DNA of 64,000 nucleotides from Phycisphaeraceae bacterium (GTDB lineage Bacteria; Planctomycetota; Phycisphaerae; Phycisphaerales; UBA1924). This document shows positions 1 through 10,019 of the stretch, one piece after another. The stretch's first letter is position 1; every line of letters starts with the position of its first letter. The notes beneath the pieces were generated by a model. It saw only the letters and a program-made list of their open reading frames with translations. It had not been told where the DNA came from and made no database searches. Where the stretch lies: assembly GCA_021299385.1 (NCBI GenBank), contig JAJTGZ010000006.1, positions 9,926 through 73,925 of the forward strand, in the 5' to 3' direction. Made by a program: the position numbers and the translations under genes.

Positions 1-536
1 TCGTCTACGACCTGCGCAGCACCAAGGCCGTGCTCGAAGAGATCGTCAAGGCCGGGGGCAAGCCCGTCCGCTCACGCGTCGGGCACGTCTTCATGAAGGG
101 GGCGCTCGCCGAGCAGAAGGCCGTCTTCGGCGGGGAACTCTCCGGGCACTTCTACTTCTCCAAAAACTTCAACGCCGACTCGGGTGTCATCGCCATGTGC
201 ACCATCCTGACGGTGCTGGCCAACACCGGCAAAACGCTCGGCGAGCTCATCAAGCCGATCGCCCGCTACCTCCAGAGCGGGGAGATCAACTTCCAGATCG
301 AGGACAAAGACGCCGCGCTCGCCAAAATCAAAGAGGCCTACGCCAAGCGTGGCAACCTCGACGAGCTCGACGGCGTAACCATCGACTGCTTCGCCAAGGA
401 CGGGTGGTGGGCCAACATCCGCAAAAGCAACACCGAGCCGCTCCTCCGCCTGAACCTAGAGGCCAAAGACCGCAAAACCCTCGACACGATATACAACCAA
501 CTCAGCCCGATGCTCGGGCACAAGGTCGATCACTAA
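1..536 (+). CDS. phosphomannomutase/phosphoglucomutase, C-terminal part (5' end lies outside the window)
   Basis: The ORF is open from the window edge. 'GELSGHFYF...DSGVIA' and 'WANIRKSNTEPLLRLNLEA' are typical of the domain III/IV end of alpha-D-phosphohexomutases. Confidence 0.8.
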   Translation, partial: VYDLRSTKAVLEEIVKAGGKPVRSRVGHVFMKGALAEQKAVFGGELSGHFYFSKNFNADSGVIAMCTILTVLANTGKTLGELIKPIARYLQSGEINFQIEDKDAALAKIKEAYAKRGNLDELDGVTIDCFAKDGWWANIRKSNTEPLLRLNLEAKDRKTLDTIYNQLSPMLGHKVDH

Positions 537-618
537 GAGAGCACCAAGACTCTACTTATTGGTGGCACCGGCGTCGCGCCTGTGCGGATCACGCGGGCAC
601 GGGTGTATAGGATTCGCC

Positions 619-891
619 ATGGTTGTCAACATCGACGTACCGGCGTGGCTCACCGACGCGCTCGCGGCCTCCACCGGGCAGCCCATCGACGTCGCCGCAC
701 GCGAGGCCTTGCTCATCGAGGCCTACCGCCGGCGCCTGCTAAGCGTTGGCAAACTCGCCGAGATACTCGGCATCAACTCCACACCGGCCGACCGCTGGCT
801 GGCCGACCGGGGCGTGCCGTTGAACTACGACGTGCAGGACCTAGAGGCAGACCGCAAGACGATCGACCGGCTGAAACGGGGCGGTGCGTGA
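619..891 (+). CDS. UPF0175-family antitoxin-like protein
   Basis: Small ORF with an ATG at 619. 'REALLIEAYRRRLLSVGKLAEILGI' resembles the UPF0175 helix-turn-helix. It lies upstream of a DUF3368/PIN-like gene, which is a known pairing. Confidence 0.55.
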   Translation: MVVNIDVPAWLTDALAASTGQPIDVAAREALLIEAYRRRLLSVGKLAEILGINSTPADRWLADRGVPLNYDVQDLEADRKTIDRLKRGGA

Positions 892-1002
892 TCGCCGGGC
901 CGACCTGCCGGAAAAATAAAAAAATCGTGCTTGACTGCCCCTGGTGGTCGGGCTTAGACACCGCCATGCACCGGACCACGAGGCGCAAGATAGGTGGAAA
1001 CG

Positions 1003-1593
1003 ATGGGAAATGAGACCTTCCGCATCCTGCTTGACTCAGACCCGAACGATCAGCACGGTGGTGGTGCCGTTGCCGATACGTCCGTAATGAGCACGCTGTG
1101 CGAGATACAGCTCGCAGAGGCCGTGCTGGTTGCATACAGCCCCATAGTGATCCCCGCCGCGGTCTACGCGGAACTTCGGGCAGGCCCAAACTACCAGGTT
1201 TTTTCAGCACTCTGTCGGTCGAACACGATGAGTAACCGGGTTCACATTTTAGAGAGCGGCAGCACGTTGGCCATGACGTGCCCAGGCTCACGCCGGCGCA
1301 CCGACCCGATCAGCGCCACCGAGCAGGCGCAACTCCGCAGTCTTGGTGCCGGTGAAATAGCCGTCATTGAGCATGCCCGCGAGCTGGGTATCACCGCGCT
1401 GCTGGACGATGGTGCGGCAAGAAAGGTCGCCTCCCGCATGGACGTTGCCGTGCTGGGGACCATCGGCATTCTTGCCGAGGCCGCCAGGCAAGGCCTCGCG
1501 TCAGGCCCCGACGCGGCCGACCGGCTCGTTGCCGCCGGCTTCCGCGCGACGCCCGAGCTGCTCAACCAACTGCGAGTGATCCAGACCCCATGA
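1003..1593 (+). CDS. DUF3368 (PIN-like) putative toxin
   Basis: The C-terminal 'LGAGEIAVIEHARELGITALLDDGAARKVA...VLGTIGILAEAARQG' matches the DUF3368 signature (GEaeaI..A......lllDD..AR..A...G..v.GtlGiL). The start is uncertain (GTG 994 or ATG 1003). Confidence 0.6.
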   Translation: MGNETFRILLDSDPNDQHGGGAVADTSVMSTLCEIQLAEAVLVAYSPIVIPAAVYAELRAGPNYQVFSALCRSNTMSNRVHILESGSTLAMTCPGSRRRTDPISATEQAQLRSLGAGEIAVIEHARELGITALLDDGAARKVASRMDVAVLGTIGILAEAARQGLASGPDAADRLVAAGFRATPELLNQLRVIQTP

Positions 1594-3224
1594 CCATCGA
1601 CACCTTCCTGGAACACTGGAAGCTCGCCGAGCACCCGTTCCGGGGTGAAGAGGCACGACAGGATGCACTCCTGCTCCGCATGGTCGATGCCTCCGTCCGT
1701 GCCGCGGCACAGAACCCGCTGCGGCCCAGCCGCCTGCCCAGGCACCCAGACTACGACAAAATCGCCGGCGAGTTCAGCCGGCCGAGCACCTCCATCGTCT
1801 TCGGCGAAAAAGGCTCAGGCAAAACCGCCATCCGCATGCAGCTGGCCACCAGCGCCGCGGCGTACAACGCCGGCAACGCCGACAAACGCGTCCTGCTCGT
1901 CATACACGACGACCTCTCCGCACCACTTGCACGCCTGCACAACCGGCTACGCACCGTCAAGCGAGGCAAGGAAAGCCCCGCCGTTGACTCGCTCAAAAAA
2001 ATCCGACTCGCCGACCACGTTGACGCCCTGCTCATGCACGTCGTGCCCAACCTCGTCGATGCCCTGCTCGAGCACACCAGCACCGGAGCCACCACCGGCA
2101 CCAGCGAACGCATCGACCTGGGCGGCACCGAAGAAGGCCCACGCAAGGCCCTCCGCAGGCTCGACCGCAACCTCAAACGCGACCTGCTCGTCTTGCAAGT
2201 CCCCTACGACCGACCCGAGAACGGGCCGGAACGCACACGCGAACTCCGCAAGGCCCTCGGCGTACGCACCCCGCTGAGCGTTACCGTCGAGGACGTGCTC
2301 GCCTACGGCGGGTGGGTCGTCCCCGCGCTCGTCTTTGTCATGCTCGGCAAGCGCGGCGCGGCAATGCAGGACGCCGTCGCTGTTACCGCCTTCTTCATCG
2401 CCATGGGCCTCTGGCTCGTTGCCCTGCTCAAGCGCGCCGCGTCCGAACGCTTCGGCATCCGGGCCCGCGCACGCCGGCTTTACAGGCAACTGCGCACCAC
2501 GCCACGCTCGGAATGGTCGTTCATCAAGGCCATCCGCCAGCTGCCGCCGGGGTGGCGCGCCAGCACCTTGCTGCCGACGACCGACTCCGAAGAGGTGCGC
2601 CTGGCGATGCTCTCGCGCCTGGTGCGCGTGCTGCGGGCCTTTGGCTATGAGAGCGTGCTGGTCGTGATGGACCGCCTCGACGAGCCGCCGATCATCCAGG
2701 GGGACCCCGAGCGCATGAAGGCCGTCGTCTGGCCGCTGCTGAGCAACAGGTTCTTGCAGCAGGAGGCCATCGCCTTCAAGCTCCTGCTGCCGATGGACCT
2801 GCGCCACCAGTTGATGCGCGAGAGCGCGGCGTTCTTCCAGGATGCGCGCCTGGACAAGCAGTCGCTCATCGAGGCACTCTCATGGACGGGCGTTACGCTC
2901 TACGACCTGGCGACGCAACGCCTCTCGGCCTGCCGGCCACACGAGGCGGCGCCGATCACACTGTCGAGCCTCTTCGCACAGGACGTCTCACGCGAGCACC
3001 TGCTCGACTCGCTGGAGCAGATGCGCCAGCCCAGAGACGCGTTCAAGCTGCTCTATCAGTGCATCCAGGACCACTGCTCGCTGACAAACTTTGAGCAAGC
3101 CCAGCCCGCCGGGGAGGGTGTGCCTGGCGATGCGCTGCGCATCTCGCGCGCAACGCTCGACAACGCACGCAAGGCACAGGCCGAGCGCACGCGACAAGTA
3201 GCGATGGGCGTGCGGCCGGGTTGA
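1590..3224 (+). CDS. P-loop NTPase with two predicted membrane helices between Walker A and a Walker-B-like motif (KAP-like topology)
   Basis: Walker A 'GEKGSGKT' is at nt 1803-1826. Hydrophobic segments 'GGWVVPALVFVMLG' and 'AVAVTAFFIAMGLWLVALL' fall at about nt 2295-2445. 'VLVVMDRLDEPP' is at about nt 2655-2690. The ATGA start/stop overlaps the preceding gene. Confidence 0.6.
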   Translation: MTIDTFLEHWKLAEHPFRGEEARQDALLLRMVDASVRAAAQNPLRPSRLPRHPDYDKIAGEFSRPSTSIVFGEKGSGKTAIRMQLATSAAAYNAGNADKRVLLVIHDDLSAPLARLHNRLRTVKRGKESPAVDSLKKIRLADHVDALLMHVVPNLVDALLEHTSTGATTGTSERIDLGGTEEGPRKALRRLDRNLKRDLLVLQVPYDRPENGPERTRELRKALGVRTPLSVTVEDVLAYGGWVVPALVFVMLGKRGAAMQDAVAVTAFFIAMGLWLVALLKRAASERFGIRARARRLYRQLRTTPRSEWSFIKAIRQLPPGWRASTLLPTTDSEEVRLAMLSRLVRVLRAFGYESVLVVMDRLDEPPIIQGDPERMKAVVWPLLSNRFLQQEAIAFKLLLPMDLRHQLMRESAAFFQDARLDKQSLIEALSWTGVTLYDLATQRLSACRPHEAAPITLSSLFAQDVSREHLLDSLEQMRQPRDAFKLLYQCIQDHCSLTNFEQAQPAGEGVPGDALRISRATLDNARKAQAERTRQVAMGVRPG

Positions 3225-3420
3225 TGATGTGGGTGGGTGTTGACGATCCCCACCACTTTGCGCACACCCCTACGGCGACGTTTACACCCCCGCTGGGACG
3301 TGCATGTCGGGGAGGCTCCAGATGTATATCCGACCCCGCCGATCGGCTCCTGGGCGATCGTGGTGCATGTCCACCTTTGATCGCAACGGCGCGGAGATAC
3401 GAACGCTCTTTGGGGAGGGA

Positions 3421-5316
3421 TTACTTGACGGCCCCCGGCGGGCGTGCGGGCATTTCGAGGGCTTTGGTTGGCTCGGCGGCGGGGTCGAGTTTATCGACCA
3501 GGAAGAGGTATTGTTTTTGCCGAGGGTGGGGCGAAATGCCCGAGAGCACGTGCGGGTCAAAGAGATAGACCTGGTTGTAGTGAAAGATGGGGATCATCGG
3601 CGCCTGCTCCTCGATGACCATTTTCTCGGCTTGCGAGAGGATGTCGTAGCGTTTATCGGCGTCGAGTTCGGCGTCGGCAGCTTCGAGCAGGTCGTCGTAG
3701 GGCTTGTACGAGAACCCGCGGTCGTTGTTCCCGTCGCCGGTGCGGTTGAGGTCGAGGAACGTCAGCGGATCGCCGTAGTCGCCGAACCAGGCGGCCCGGC
3801 TGACCATGTAGTTTTTCTGCTTGAGGTCGTTGCGGAAGACCTTGATCTCGCGCTGGCGGAGCGAGACGCTGACGCCGAGGTTGCGTTCCCAGTCCGACGC
3901 CACGGCCTGGGCGATCACGTCGTGCCCCGCGTCGCGGTTGAAGAGGATGTCCACCGTCGGCATCCCCTTCCCACCCGGATACCCCGCCTCGGCCAGGAGT
4001 TTGCGCGCGCCCTCGGGGTCATAGGCAATCCCGGCGGGGGATGCATAGCCCGGCAGTGAGCCGGGGGGGATCAGGACGCTGGCGGTGCGCTCGTCCATCC
4101 GCCGGATGTTCTTGGCGATGTTGTCGCGGTCCATCGCCATGGCAAAGGCCCTGCGCACGCGGGCATCGACGAAGGGGTTGTCGCGCCCGTCGGGGAGCTT
4201 GGCCTGGCAGTTGAAGTTGTAAAAATACGTCCCGAAGGCGGGCACGGCGTGGATGTTCTGCCTGCTATCTCTGGGCATCCGGCGGTCAATAGCAAACTGG
4301 TCCAGGCCCTGGGCCACCAGCGCGTTGTACCGCTGCTGGTGCTCGCGGATGTACTGCCGTTTGGCCTCGAGCAGGTCCCCTCGATAGTCGGCGGTAACGT
4401 CGCTGACCCAATCAACGCTCCCGGCCTGATACGCCAGCACCGTCGCGTTGCGGTCCTCGACGCTGGGGATGTTGACGGTCTGCATGTGGATGCTGCCGGC
4501 ATCCCAGTAGTGCGGGTTCTTCTCTAACCGCACGTCGCGCTTGAAGCGCCACGCCGCGAGCGTGTACGGCCCGTTGCTGACCAGCCGGTCGGGGCGCGTC
4601 CAGTCGTAGCGCGTGTTGACGCGCGCGGTGATCGGGTCGATGACCTGGTGCGCATCGAGCAACTCGGGGTAGAGCGGGGCCATGACCTCAAAGGCGAGCA
4701 CATCGAGCATGTACGGCACCGGGCGCTCGGTGGTGAGCACCAGTGTTCGATCGTCGACGGCCTTGAGCGCGACAAGCTCGTCAAACTTGGCCAGCGTCTG
4801 TTCGTAGAGCCTCTGTGCCTCGGCGGGGCGTGGTTGGCCCTGGCCCTCGGCGGCGAAGCGGGCGAGGGCCTCGTCGCGCCAGGTGGTGAAGGCCTTGCCG
4901 CCGGCGATGAGGTGAAAGAGTTTGACGTAGTCCCCGGCGGTGTCGGGGAGCATCCCCCGGCGGAAGGCGTAGACGAAATCGCCGGCGACGACGGGCTGGC
5001 CGTTGCTCCAGCGGGCGTCTGGGCGGAGGTGGAAGGTCCAGGTGAGGCCGTCGGCGGAGGTTTCCCATCGCTCGGCAACGCCGGGGACTTTGGCATAGGT
5101 GTGGGTGAAGAGGTCGTTGCGTACGAGCGGCTCAAAGAGCATCGCGGCGACGCGGAGGTCCTGGGCCCAGCTCATGCGCGAGAGGTCGAGCGTGGTCAGG
5201 TCGCCACGGTTGATGAAGGAGAAGTCGGCACGGGTGGAGGCACGGCGGGATGCGATCAGGCCGAGCGTGGCGAGTGCGAGCAGTGCGATGCCGAGCGTGA
5301 TGAGGGGCCGACGCAT
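3421..5316 (-). CDS. ABC transporter substrate-binding protein, family 5 (peptide/nickel, OppA/DppA-like), secreted
   Basis: Signal peptide 'MRRPLITLGIALLALATLGLIA'. 'ERWETSADGLTWTFHLRPDARWSNGQPVVAGDFVYAF' is typical of SBP_bac_5. I placed the start at ATG 5316 because the longer ORF extension runs through a repeat element. Confidence 0.8.
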   Translation of the reverse strand: MRRPLITLGIALLALATLGLIASRRASTRADFSFINRGDLTTLDLSRMSWAQDLRVAAMLFEPLVRNDLFTHTYAKVPGVAERWETSADGLTWTFHLRPDARWSNGQPVVAGDFVYAFRRGMLPDTAGDYVKLFHLIAGGKAFTTWRDEALARFAAEGQGQPRPAEAQRLYEQTLAKFDELVALKAVDDRTLVLTTERPVPYMLDVLAFEVMAPLYPELLDAHQVIDPITARVNTRYDWTRPDRLVSNGPYTLAAWRFKRDVRLEKNPHYWDAGSIHMQTVNIPSVEDRNATVLAYQAGSVDWVSDVTADYRGDLLEAKRQYIREHQQRYNALVAQGLDQFAIDRRMPRDSRQNIHAVPAFGTYFYNFNCQAKLPDGRDNPFVDARVRRAFAMAMDRDNIAKNIRRMDERTASVLIPPGSLPGYASPAGIAYDPEGARKLLAEAGYPGGKGMPTVDILFNRDAGHDVIAQAVASDWERNLGVSVSLRQREIKVFRNDLKQKNYMVSRAAWFGDYGDPLTFLDLNRTGDGNNDRGFSYKPYDDLLEAADAELDADKRYDILSQAEKMVIEEQAPMIPIFHYNQVYLFDPHVLSGISPHPRQKQYLFLVDKLDPAAEPTKALEMPARPPGAVK

Positions 5317-5486
5317 GAGCAAGGGTAGTGCGGGGGTTTTGAGGCCAGGGAGAAGAGGTTCGCGGAGGGGGATGGGGGCGTGAAGTACGCAGACCCGATC
5401 AACTTCCGATTGCCGGTGGTGCCGCCAATACAGACAGCGCAAACTCATACGGATCAACACGGGATTCGTGCGTGCGAAGTGGCCAA

Positions 5487-5520
5487 CCCCACCCCTGCCC
5501 CTCCCCTCGGGGGAGGGGTT
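5487..5520 (-). repeat. 34-nt intergenic element AACCCCTCCCCCGAGGGGAGGGGCAGGGGTGGGG (copy 1, reverse orientation)
   Basis: Exact 34-mer shared with 27902-27935, 38238-38271 and 62520-62553. It contains the 9-bp stem hairpin CCCCTCCCC-CGA-GGGGAGGGG and four G4 runs. Confidence 0.9.
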
Positions 5521-5628
5521 CTGAATCAAAAACATTCGCGATCCGCGTCGTTTCTTCCTCTGCGTTGCTCTGCCAAGCTCCGCCCCCTCGGCGAACCTCT
5601 TTGCCTTGCGTGAGACTACCCTAAGGGC

Positions 5629-7077
5629 GTGGACCACCTTTCAGTATTTGACATGTTCAAGGTCGGCGTCGGGCCGAGTTCGTCGCACACGATGGGGCCG
5701 TGGCGTGCGACGGAGCGGTTCCTGGCGTTTTTGCGCGCTTGCGGGGTGTTTGAGCGGGTCAGGCGGGTGCGGGTGGATTTGTTTGGGTCGCTGTCAAAGA
5801 CCGGGCATGGGCACGGGACGGATGTAGCCGTGATCTTGGCGCTGACGGGGGACGACCCTGTTACGTGCGACACCGCCAGCATCGACGCGCGGACCGCGGC
5901 GGTGCGGGCGGGCAAGCAGATCACGCTGGGGGGGACGCGCAAGGGGTTTGCCTTTGACCCGGCACGGGAAATCATCTTCCGCAGCGAGACGCTCGCTTAT
6001 CACCCCAACGCGATGACGTGCACGGCGACGCTGGATGATGGGGTGGAGGTTGCGCAGACCTACTACTCCATCGGGGGGGGCTTTGTGGTGCAGGAGGGTG
6101 CGGAGGGCGCGGGGGATGCCAGGCCTGCACCGCCGTTTATCATCCATACGGGCGCGGACCTGCTGCGTGCGTGCGTGGCGACGGGCAAGAGCATCCCGGA
6201 GATTGTGCTGGCCAACGAGTGCGCGTGGCGGAGTGAGGCGGAGGTGCGTGCGGGGCTATTGCACATCTGGCAGACGATGACCGAGTGCATCTGGCGCGGC
6301 TGCCACACGTTTGGGACGCTGCCGGGCGGGCTGAACGTGCGCCGGCGAGCGGCAGAGATGAGCGGCCGGCTGCTGGGGGTTGCCTCCGGGTTTGCCGGGG
6401 ACCACACCGGTGGGGACATTGGGGCGTGGAAGGACGCGGTGCGGGCGGCGGGTCAGGACTTCACGAAGATCAACAAGTGGGTGAGCTGCTTTGCGCTGGC
6501 CGTCAACGAGGAGAACGCCTGCTTTGGGCGTGTGGTAACGGCACCGACGAACGGGGCGGCGGGCGTGATCCCGGCGGTGATGATGTACTACGACCGGTTC
6601 TGCGCGAGCACGCCGGGGGGGATTGTGGACTTCATGCTCGTGGCCGGGCAGGTCGGTGCGCTGTTCAAGCGGAACGCGACGATCAGCGCGGCGATGGGTG
6701 GGTGCCAGGCCGAGATCGGGGTGAGCAGCGCGATGGCGGCGGCGGGGCTGTCGCAGGCGACGCTGGGTGAGCTGGCGACGCCGGCGCGGGTGTTGATGGC
6801 CGCTGAGATCGCGATGGAGCACCACCTGGGGATGACGTGCGACCCGATCAACGGGCTGGTGCAGATCCCGTGCATCGAGCGGAACACGATGGGTGCGATC
6901 AAGGCGATCACGGCGACGAACATCGCATGCGAGAGCGACCCGGCGGGCGCGAAGGTGAGTTTCGATGACGTGGTGCGGACGATGTGGCAGACGTCGCTGG
7001 ACATGCAGAGCAAGTACAAAGAGACCGCCGAGGGTGGGCTGGCGGTGAATGTAACGGTGGGGTTGAGTGAGTGCTAG
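5629..7077 (+). CDS. sdaA: L-serine ammonia-lyase (L-serine dehydratase, single-chain Fe-S type)
   Basis: The N-terminus '[20 protein letters not shown]' is close to E. coli SdaA '[20 protein letters not shown]'. Full-length ORF, with start GTG 5629 or ATG 5653. Confidence 0.9.
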   Translation: MDHLSVFDMFKVGVGPSSSHTMGPWRATERFLAFLRACGVFERVRRVRVDLFGSLSKTGHGHGTDVAVILALTGDDPVTCDTASIDARTAAVRAGKQITLGGTRKGFAFDPAREIIFRSETLAYHPNAMTCTATLDDGVEVAQTYYSIGGGFVVQEGAEGAGDARPAPPFIIHTGADLLRACVATGKSIPEIVLANECAWRSEAEVRAGLLHIWQTMTECIWRGCHTFGTLPGGLNVRRRAAEMSGRLLGVASGFAGDHTGGDIGAWKDAVRAAGQDFTKINKWVSCFALAVNEENACFGRVVTAPTNGAAGVIPAVMMYYDRFCASTPGGIVDFMLVAGQVGALFKRNATISAAMGGCQAEIGVSSAMAAAGLSQATLGELATPARVLMAAEIAMEHHLGMTCDPINGLVQIPCIERNTMGAIKAITATNIACESDPAGAKVSFDDVVRTMWQTSLDMQSKYKETAEGGLAVNVTVGLSEC

Positions 7078-7116
7078 GGGTGCGGGGCGGGGGTTTTAAC
7101 CTGCGCACAAAGGCAG

Positions 7117-7218
7117 TTCACCACAGAGGCACGGAGGCACAGAGAATACAGGGGCGGGGGAAGAATCAAAGACCAAAGTCCCTGTCTTTCTCGGTGCCTC
7201 GGTGCCTCAGTGGTGGAA
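7117..7218. repeat. Imperfect inverted repeat of the TTCACCACAGAGGCAC(G/T)GAGGCACAGAGAA family
   Basis: The left arm is 7117-7146 and the right arm (complement-like, TTCTCGGTGCCTCGGTGCCTCAGTGGTGGAA) is about 7188-7218. The same family recurs at 15805-15920. Confidence 0.75.
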
Positions 7219-7324
7219 TCTATCTGCTGTGCATGCTGGAAGCCTGCCCTACTGAGAGCTGCCCCTGCCGATCTTCGCCAGAACGATCTGGGGGTGGGGT
7301 TCTGATGAGCGTGTGCGGGGGTTG

Positions 7325-7924
7325 TTACTTTGTTGATGGGAGTGGTGGGAGGGTGTCGGCTGGCGGGGCAGAGGGTGCGCTGATGCGCTCGGCGAAGAAG
7401 ATGACGGTGCCGTTGCGGTCGGGTGGGGCGGGTGAGCGCTGGCCACGCTGGATGGTGGTGGTGCCTGCGAGGGTGGCGGTGGGGAGTGGGTAGAGGTCGG
7501 TGAGGAGTTCGCGGACTCGGTTTTGTGGGATGAAGGAGACCTGGCCGTCGAGGGTGAGTTGGCCGTCGGCGCCGGGGGGGAGGACGACGGGGATCTCGAA
7601 GCGCTGGACCGACTCGCCGGGGACGACGAGTTTGGCATCGCGCTGAGCGGTGAAGGTGCCGACGGCGGCGCGGGAGGAGTAGTTGATGGCTTTGAGCGGG
7701 ATCTCCCGGTCGCTTGGGTTCTGCGCATCGACAACGACGTGCAGGACGGTGGCCTGGGGGTTTTCGGAATAGACATAGGCCTCGCGGACGGAGAGGACCG
7801 GGGACTGGCCGGCGCACCCGGCTAGGAGGGGTGCGAAGAGGGCGAGGGCCACGAAGCACGCAATAGGCCGACGCGCGGTGCGGGCGTGTGCGGGCGTGGT
7901 TGCGCTGGGTTGGGCGTGTGTCAT
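7325..7924 (-). CDS. lipoprotein with a LEA-2/WHy-like domain (tentative)
   Basis: Lipobox 'LLAGC'. The pattern 'VLHVVVDAQNPSDREIPLKAINYS' resembles the NPN-type strand pattern of LEA_2 domains. Start is ATG 7924 (a TTG at 7948 is possible). Confidence 0.5.
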   Translation of the reverse strand: MTHAQPSATTPAHARTARRPIACFVALALFAPLLAGCAGQSPVLSVREAYVYSENPQATVLHVVVDAQNPSDREIPLKAINYSSRAAVGTFTAQRDAKLVVPGESVQRFEIPVVLPPGADGQLTLDGQVSFIPQNRVRELLTDLYPLPTATLAGTTTIQRGQRSPAPPDRNGTVIFFAERISAPSAPPADTLPPLPSTK

Positions 7925-8169
7925 CGCCAGAGGATATCGGCCCGGCAACGAGGGTGCGGGTTGTTTACTTGCGTGCTAGGCGCTTGCTCGGTGCGGGTGG
8001 AGCGGAGACTGGCCCGAAGACTGGCCCGAAGACTTGGTTAGGGGCGGAAGCCATGGCTTGGGTACGTGGGCAGGGTGCGAAGGTGAGGTCTGTGCAAGCG
8101 TGCGGGGCTGTGCCTGTGAGAGGGACAAGGGCAGCAGCGTTGATTGTTTGCGGGACAGATACCTGTTTT

Positions 8170-8790
8170 TTAAGGGTTTCTGCGGTTCCACTCGGCCTTG
8201 ACGAGTGCGACGGCTTGGACGACGGTGGCCTGAAGGTCGCGGTTGACGAGGAAGGCGTTGTAGACGCCGCAGGAGTGGGCGATTTCCATCTCGCGTCGGG
8301 CCTGGCCGAAGCGGCGTTGGATGGTGGATTCGTCTTCGCGTTTGCGTTGTCGGAGGCGTGCCAGGAGGGTTTGCTCGTCGGGGGGGAGGATGAAGATGGA
8401 CATGGCCGAGGGATGGGCTTTGTGGATGTTGATGGCGCCTTGGACGTCGATTTCGAGGATGACCAGTCGTCCCTCGGCGAGGCGCTGATGGACCCAGGCT
8501 TTGGGGGTGCCGTAGCGTTTACCGAAGACGCCAGCGTGTTCGAGGAACTCGCCCTGGGCGATCATGGCGTCAAACTGTGCGTCGTTGATGAAGTGGTAGT
8601 CGAGTCCCTCGCGGTCGGCATCGGTTTTGGGTCTGGTGGTGGCCGAGACGGAGAAGATGGCTTGGGGGATGTGCTCTTCGAGTGCGCGGGTGATGGTGGT
8701 TTTGCCAACGCCGCTGGGGCCGGAGATGACCAGGAGCATGCCGAGGTGCCTGTGGTCGGGTGTGTGGTTGGGCGGTTGGCGTTGGGCCAT
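8170..8790 (-). CDS. gmk: guanylate kinase
   Basis: 'LLVISGPSGVGKTT', 'SATTRPKTDADREGLDYHF' and 'EHAGVFGKRYGT' are present. Start is ATG 8790. Confidence 0.9.
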   Translation of the reverse strand: MAQRQPPNHTPDHRHLGMLLVISGPSGVGKTTITRALEEHIPQAIFSVSATTRPKTDADREGLDYHFINDAQFDAMIAQGEFLEHAGVFGKRYGTPKAWVHQRLAEGRLVILEIDVQGAINIHKAHPSAMSIFILPPDEQTLLARLRQRKREDESTIQRRFGQARREMEIAHSCGVYNAFLVNRDLQATVVQAVALVKAEWNRRNP

Positions 8791-8861
8791 AGGGGCGAGG
8801 ATAACCGAGCCGATGGTCGGGGGCGCGGGATGACCCCTGGTGCCGGCCGCTAGTGTTGTTG

Positions 8862-9707
8862 ATGCCGACCAAACCTGCCGAGTTGCTCGATAGAGGCCTG
8901 CCACCGGCACCGGTGCGGATCGGGTGTGTGAAGTACCTGAACACGTTGCCGTTGGTGGAGGGTTTGGGTGCGAACGCGGGTCTGCGGCTGCGTGGTGCGG
9001 CGCCTGCGGAGCTCGGTGGGATGCTCGGGCGTGGTGAGATTGATGTGGGGCTGGTGTCGCTGGTTGATTACGCCAGGAGCGCGGTGCCGTTGGCGTTGAT
9101 GAGTTGCGGGGGCATCGGGTGCGATGGTGCGACGCTGACGGTTCGGGTGTTTTCGCGTGTGCCGGCTGGGGAGATCAGGGAGTTGCACGCGGACATCGAG
9201 AGCCACACGAGCGTGGTGCTGGCGCAGGTGGTGCTGGCGCGTGCGTTTGGCAACCGTGTGAAGGTGGTGGGGTTTGATGCGTGCGCGCACGGGGGCGAGT
9301 GGCCCGAGGCGGTGCTGCTGATCGGGGACAAGGTGGTCAGTGATGCGCCGCCGGGGGAGGTGTATGGCTATGAGTTGGATTTGGGTGAGCAGTGGAAGGC
9401 GTTGACGGGGCTGCCGTTTGTGTACGCGGCGTGGATGTGCCGGGGTGAGGATGCGGGTGCGGAGTGGGTGCGGGAGGTGGGGCGGTTGCTGGAGCGGCAG
9501 CGCCTGCGGAACACGATGCGGACGGGTTGGTTGATTGATAAGGCCGTGCAGGAGCACCGGTGGCCGAGGGAGTTGGCGGTGCGGTATGTGACGGAGTATC
9601 TGCGGTATGAGATCGGTGCGGGGCAGCGCGAGGGGATTGCGCGGTTCTTTGCTGAGGGGGTCGCGCTGGGGCTGCTGCCGGGGCGGGAGATGGTGTGGGT
9701 GGAGTAA
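8862..9707 (+). CDS. mqnA: chorismate dehydratase MqnA (futalosine menaquinone pathway)
   Basis: 'VRIGCVKYLNTLPLVEGL' and 'IDVGLVSLVDY' are typical of the MqnA/periplasmic-binding-like fold. Start is ATG 8862 or GTG 8853. Confidence 0.7.
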   Translation: MPTKPAELLDRGLPPAPVRIGCVKYLNTLPLVEGLGANAGLRLRGAAPAELGGMLGRGEIDVGLVSLVDYARSAVPLALMSCGGIGCDGATLTVRVFSRVPAGEIRELHADIESHTSVVLAQVVLARAFGNRVKVVGFDACAHGGEWPEAVLLIGDKVVSDAPPGEVYGYELDLGEQWKALTGLPFVYAAWMCRGEDAGAEWVREVGRLLERQRLRNTMRTGWLIDKAVQEHRWPRELAVRYVTEYLRYEIGAGQREGIARFFAEGVALGLLPGREMVWVE

Positions 9708-9734
9708 GAGCGCACGGCAGCGTTGGCACCATGG

Positions 9735-10019
9735 CTACTGGCCGTTTGGGGTGGGACTTGGTGGGCGGGGGACCTGGATTTCTTCGATGGTGATGCGCCT
9801 GGCGGTGAGGTGGTCGGGGTGGATATCGACCTCTTCGCGCACTTTGGTGCGTGCCTGGCCCTGGCCCATGGGGGTTTGGACGGGTTCGTTGTGCTCGGTG
9901 GAGGAGAGTTCGATGGTGCGTGGTTGGTTAGCCGGTGCGCGGACGTCGGTGCGCACGGCCTTGGCGACCTCGCCGAAGAAGGCACCGAGATTGCGCATCA
10001 GGCTTGCCTGGTGGCTCAT
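9735..10019 (-). CDS. hypothetical 94-aa protein
   Basis: The ATG at 10019 forms an ATGA overlap with the aat stop. The composition is non-repetitive ('MSHQASLMRNLGAFFGEVAKAV...'). I recognise no family. Confidence 0.4.
   Translation of the reverse strand: MSHQASLMRNLGAFFGEVAKAVRTDVRAPANQPRTIELSSTEHNEPVQTPMGQGQARTKVREEVDIHPDHLTARRITIEEIQVPRPPSPTPNGQ

Noticed and set aside
5317-5637. N-terminal extension of about 107 aa on the substrate-binding protein ORF (start at 5637)
   Set aside because: The extension reads through the 34-nt repeat element (translated 'NPSPEGRGRGGVG') and overlaps the sdaA start. A canonical signal peptide begins at ATG 5316.
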